DNA of 64,000 nucleotides. Origin: Chrysomallon squamiferum (lineage: Eukaryota; Animalia; Mollusca). This document shows, piece by piece, positions 61,882-64,000 of the stretch. Within the stretch, counting starts at the first letter, position 1. Each line of letters starts with the position of its first letter. Location of the stretch: contig CM022670.1 in assembly GCA_012295275.1 (NCBI GenBank), positions 35,464,001-35,528,000 on the forward strand. Reading direction: 5' to 3'. A program made the position numbers and the translations under genes. The notes under the pieces were generated by a model that worked only from the letters and a program-made list of their open reading frames with translations, was not told where the DNA came from and did not search any database.

Positions 61882-63020
61882 ACTTCTTGTCAAAATTTCT
61901 CAATATCCCTGTGGACCAGTTAGGGTTCATCGAAAAACTGTTATAATCGAAATGCTATTTATAGACTGATATTTAAGAAAGTACGGTTAGTACCTGATCC
62001 TACTCTATCTCTGTACTCATGTAGACCTTCCACGACTGGGATAAAAACTGTCACCTATTAATACTATCTTAGTACTGCGAGTTACATTCAGATTGTCCTA
62101 AAAGCTTGCTCTAGTTATCGCCCCTTTTCGAAGAAAACCCAATTACATGACGTGTTAGAATTTCCAGGAAGTGGTTCTATTTTTATTTCTTAATTCGGAT
62201 TTGTGACGAATTAATCGTTTGGCAGGGCAAATATTACGTAAGTTATTGAGTACTTTAATATAAAGCAGCCGCCACAACAAAGATTCATTTATTACCGTTA
62301 ACCGGTGAACTATTGTGGACTGAAGTGAAGTGAAAAAAATTAACGTTCTAATCAGAGCAAGCTGTTGTGGAGCACGTCCACGACGGGCACGCTTTCTGAC
62401 AGGTCAGCGGGCGTGGCCGTCGCAGAAAAGAGTTTTCGGTCGGAAGAGACTGGGTTCTCGTTATGATTGCAGGACACAAGGGAGTGAACTATTGTAATTT
62501 TATTATATCTATACGTTTACGACATTTGTCTCTACTCAGATTACAGAGACGTTACTGCAAAACAGTCTCATTTTACACAGGAGATCCGGGTTCTACATGT
62601 TATTCGGGTGCCTGCTGTGCGCGTTCATAAAGGGAGCATTCAGATAGTTTAGATTTGAAAATGCTGTAGAAAGATATTCAGATAACTTCTGACAAATCAT
62701 TGGGAGGTTAACAGACGAGTACACCAGACGGTGTTCAGATAGAACTGTTACGGAAAAATCTTTCAAATACATTATAAAAAAAAAGAGCTTTTTTTTTTTT
62801 TTTTTTTTATGTTAATGTTAATGATGATATTATATATTATGTATATCCTATGTATATAATACTAATTAAATTAAAATAATACTTTACCTGGTCATTTTAA
62901 CCCAACAGACCTAAGCAAGTCCATTTATTAATTAGGTAACTCTAGGCTGTCTTCTTAAGTAACCATTCTATATTGTCTTTGACAGAATGGGACAAGACCT
63001 TTGATTCAGTGGATGATTTG
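59955..63020. repeat. Array of the same ~1.1-kb unit upstream of OAS copy 2 (about 3 units, some partial)
   Basis: tatccctgtggaccagtt at ~60176, ~60801, ~61904; actct...attacag at ~61221, ~62530; ttacctggtcattt at ~60477, ~62884. Confidence 0.88.
62317..62483 (-). mobile_element. 167-bp GC-rich insertion, probably a 5'-truncated SINE/LINE, with a 12-bp target-site duplication
   Basis: Flanked by gtgaactattgt at 62305-62316 and 62484-62495. Absent from the sister units (~51535, ~52757, ~61176), which have the site once. Ends in a short ttcac-repeat tail on the - strand. Confidence 0.85.
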
Positions 63021-63074
63021 TTTTAAAATGTTTTTGTATATACATACAAATATACATACGTATACAACATATAC

Positions 63075-63121
<47 letters not shown>

Positions 63122-63646
63122 TATTATTATTTTTGTTATCGTTATCATCATTATTATTTATTTACGTATTTATTTATTTATTTATTTGTTTATTTATTTA
63201 TTTATTCTTAAACGAACGTTAAAGGAATATGAATTCTATAAAATTATTAAAATTTTAACATCGTTCGAGTAATGAAACTGTTAAGTTTCTGCACCTGCAG
63301 TAATAAGGATAGACATAACTTATATACTGCTAAGTGTAGAACAAAACATTAAAACAAATAATGTCGAAGACATTAAATAACGTACTTTCTGCACAGAAAA
63401 ACTAAGTAATAATGTCCAAAGCATTAAAATGGCATACTATCTACAGCTAAAAACTAAGTAAACACTTATGTAAATATGTACATTTATTGATTTTGTTTCT
63501 ACTTTTCTTTTACTATTTTTTTCTATTATTATTATTTCATTATTTTTATACGTTGACTGATTTCTTTATTTACTATCATCATTATTTTCTCATCATTATC
63601 ATCATCAACATCATCATCATCATCATTTTTCTACTTTCCTAGAACA

Positions 63647-63805
63647 ATGGGCTTAAGAAGTTCCAAGTTAGAAAGCTATTTCTTAGCTGACAAAGAACCC
63701 GGTGAAAACATTTACAAGTACATTGACAGAATGGTTCAGCCAGATAGACCTTATCTCGAAATGTGTGCCCAGACGGTTGATGAAGTTGTACAATACCTCT
63801 TTTAA
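63647..63805 (+). pseudogene. OAS1-like: Second OAS-like copy, truncated by an internal deletion
   Basis: MGLRSSKLESYFLADKEPGENIYKYIDRMVQPDRPYLEMCAQTVDEVVQYLF*. Matches exon 1 of copy 1 up to caatacct, then jumps to sequence homologous to intron 4 (56632-56830), so exons 2-4 are lost. Confidence 0.9.
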
Positions 63806-64000
63806 ATTATTTTTTTAAAGTATTCCTGCAGCAGTTTTGTGACTCTTTGATCTAGAACAACCAAATACCAATGTCGCATAAGTACTAGGCATTTTTTTCC
63901 TTTCGTTTACATACTAACTAAAATTCGAAATTTTCTGATGAAGTTATCCGAAATTAATATATGTACATGTGTGTGTCTGCATGTGTGTGTTTGTTTGTGT

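Overview
Very AT-rich, microsatellite-saturated animal genomic DNA with spliceosomal introns; a mollusc/gastropod origin is my inference from gene content and repeat style. Almost all ORFs in the supplied track are translations of simple repeats. Three genes can be rebuilt by hand. (1) The last four coding exons of an RZ-family RGS gene (RGS17/19/20-like, + strand, 6938-18117); one splice donor reads AT where homology predicts GT. (2) A 7-exon alpha-arrestin (ARRDC-like) gene on the - strand (41374-34384) with two apparent frameshifts. (3) An intact 5-exon, 343-aa 2'-5'-oligoadenylate-synthetase-like (OAS) nucleotidyltransferase on the + strand (53874-57082) with an N-myristoylation motif. A 40-bp minisatellite of about 33 copies lies between the convergent RGS and ARRDC genes. 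The last 13 kb is a rearrangement hotspot. It holds a tandem segmental duplication (offset about 9.8 kb) with a second, internally deleted OAS copy, and a decayed, internally duplicated vitellogenin 3' end on the - strand. It also holds an amplified ~1.1-kb unit that looks like fossil exons, a SINE-like insertion with a 12-bp target-site duplication, and a 56-bp inverted template-switch patch. All alignments were done by eye; no database search was run.
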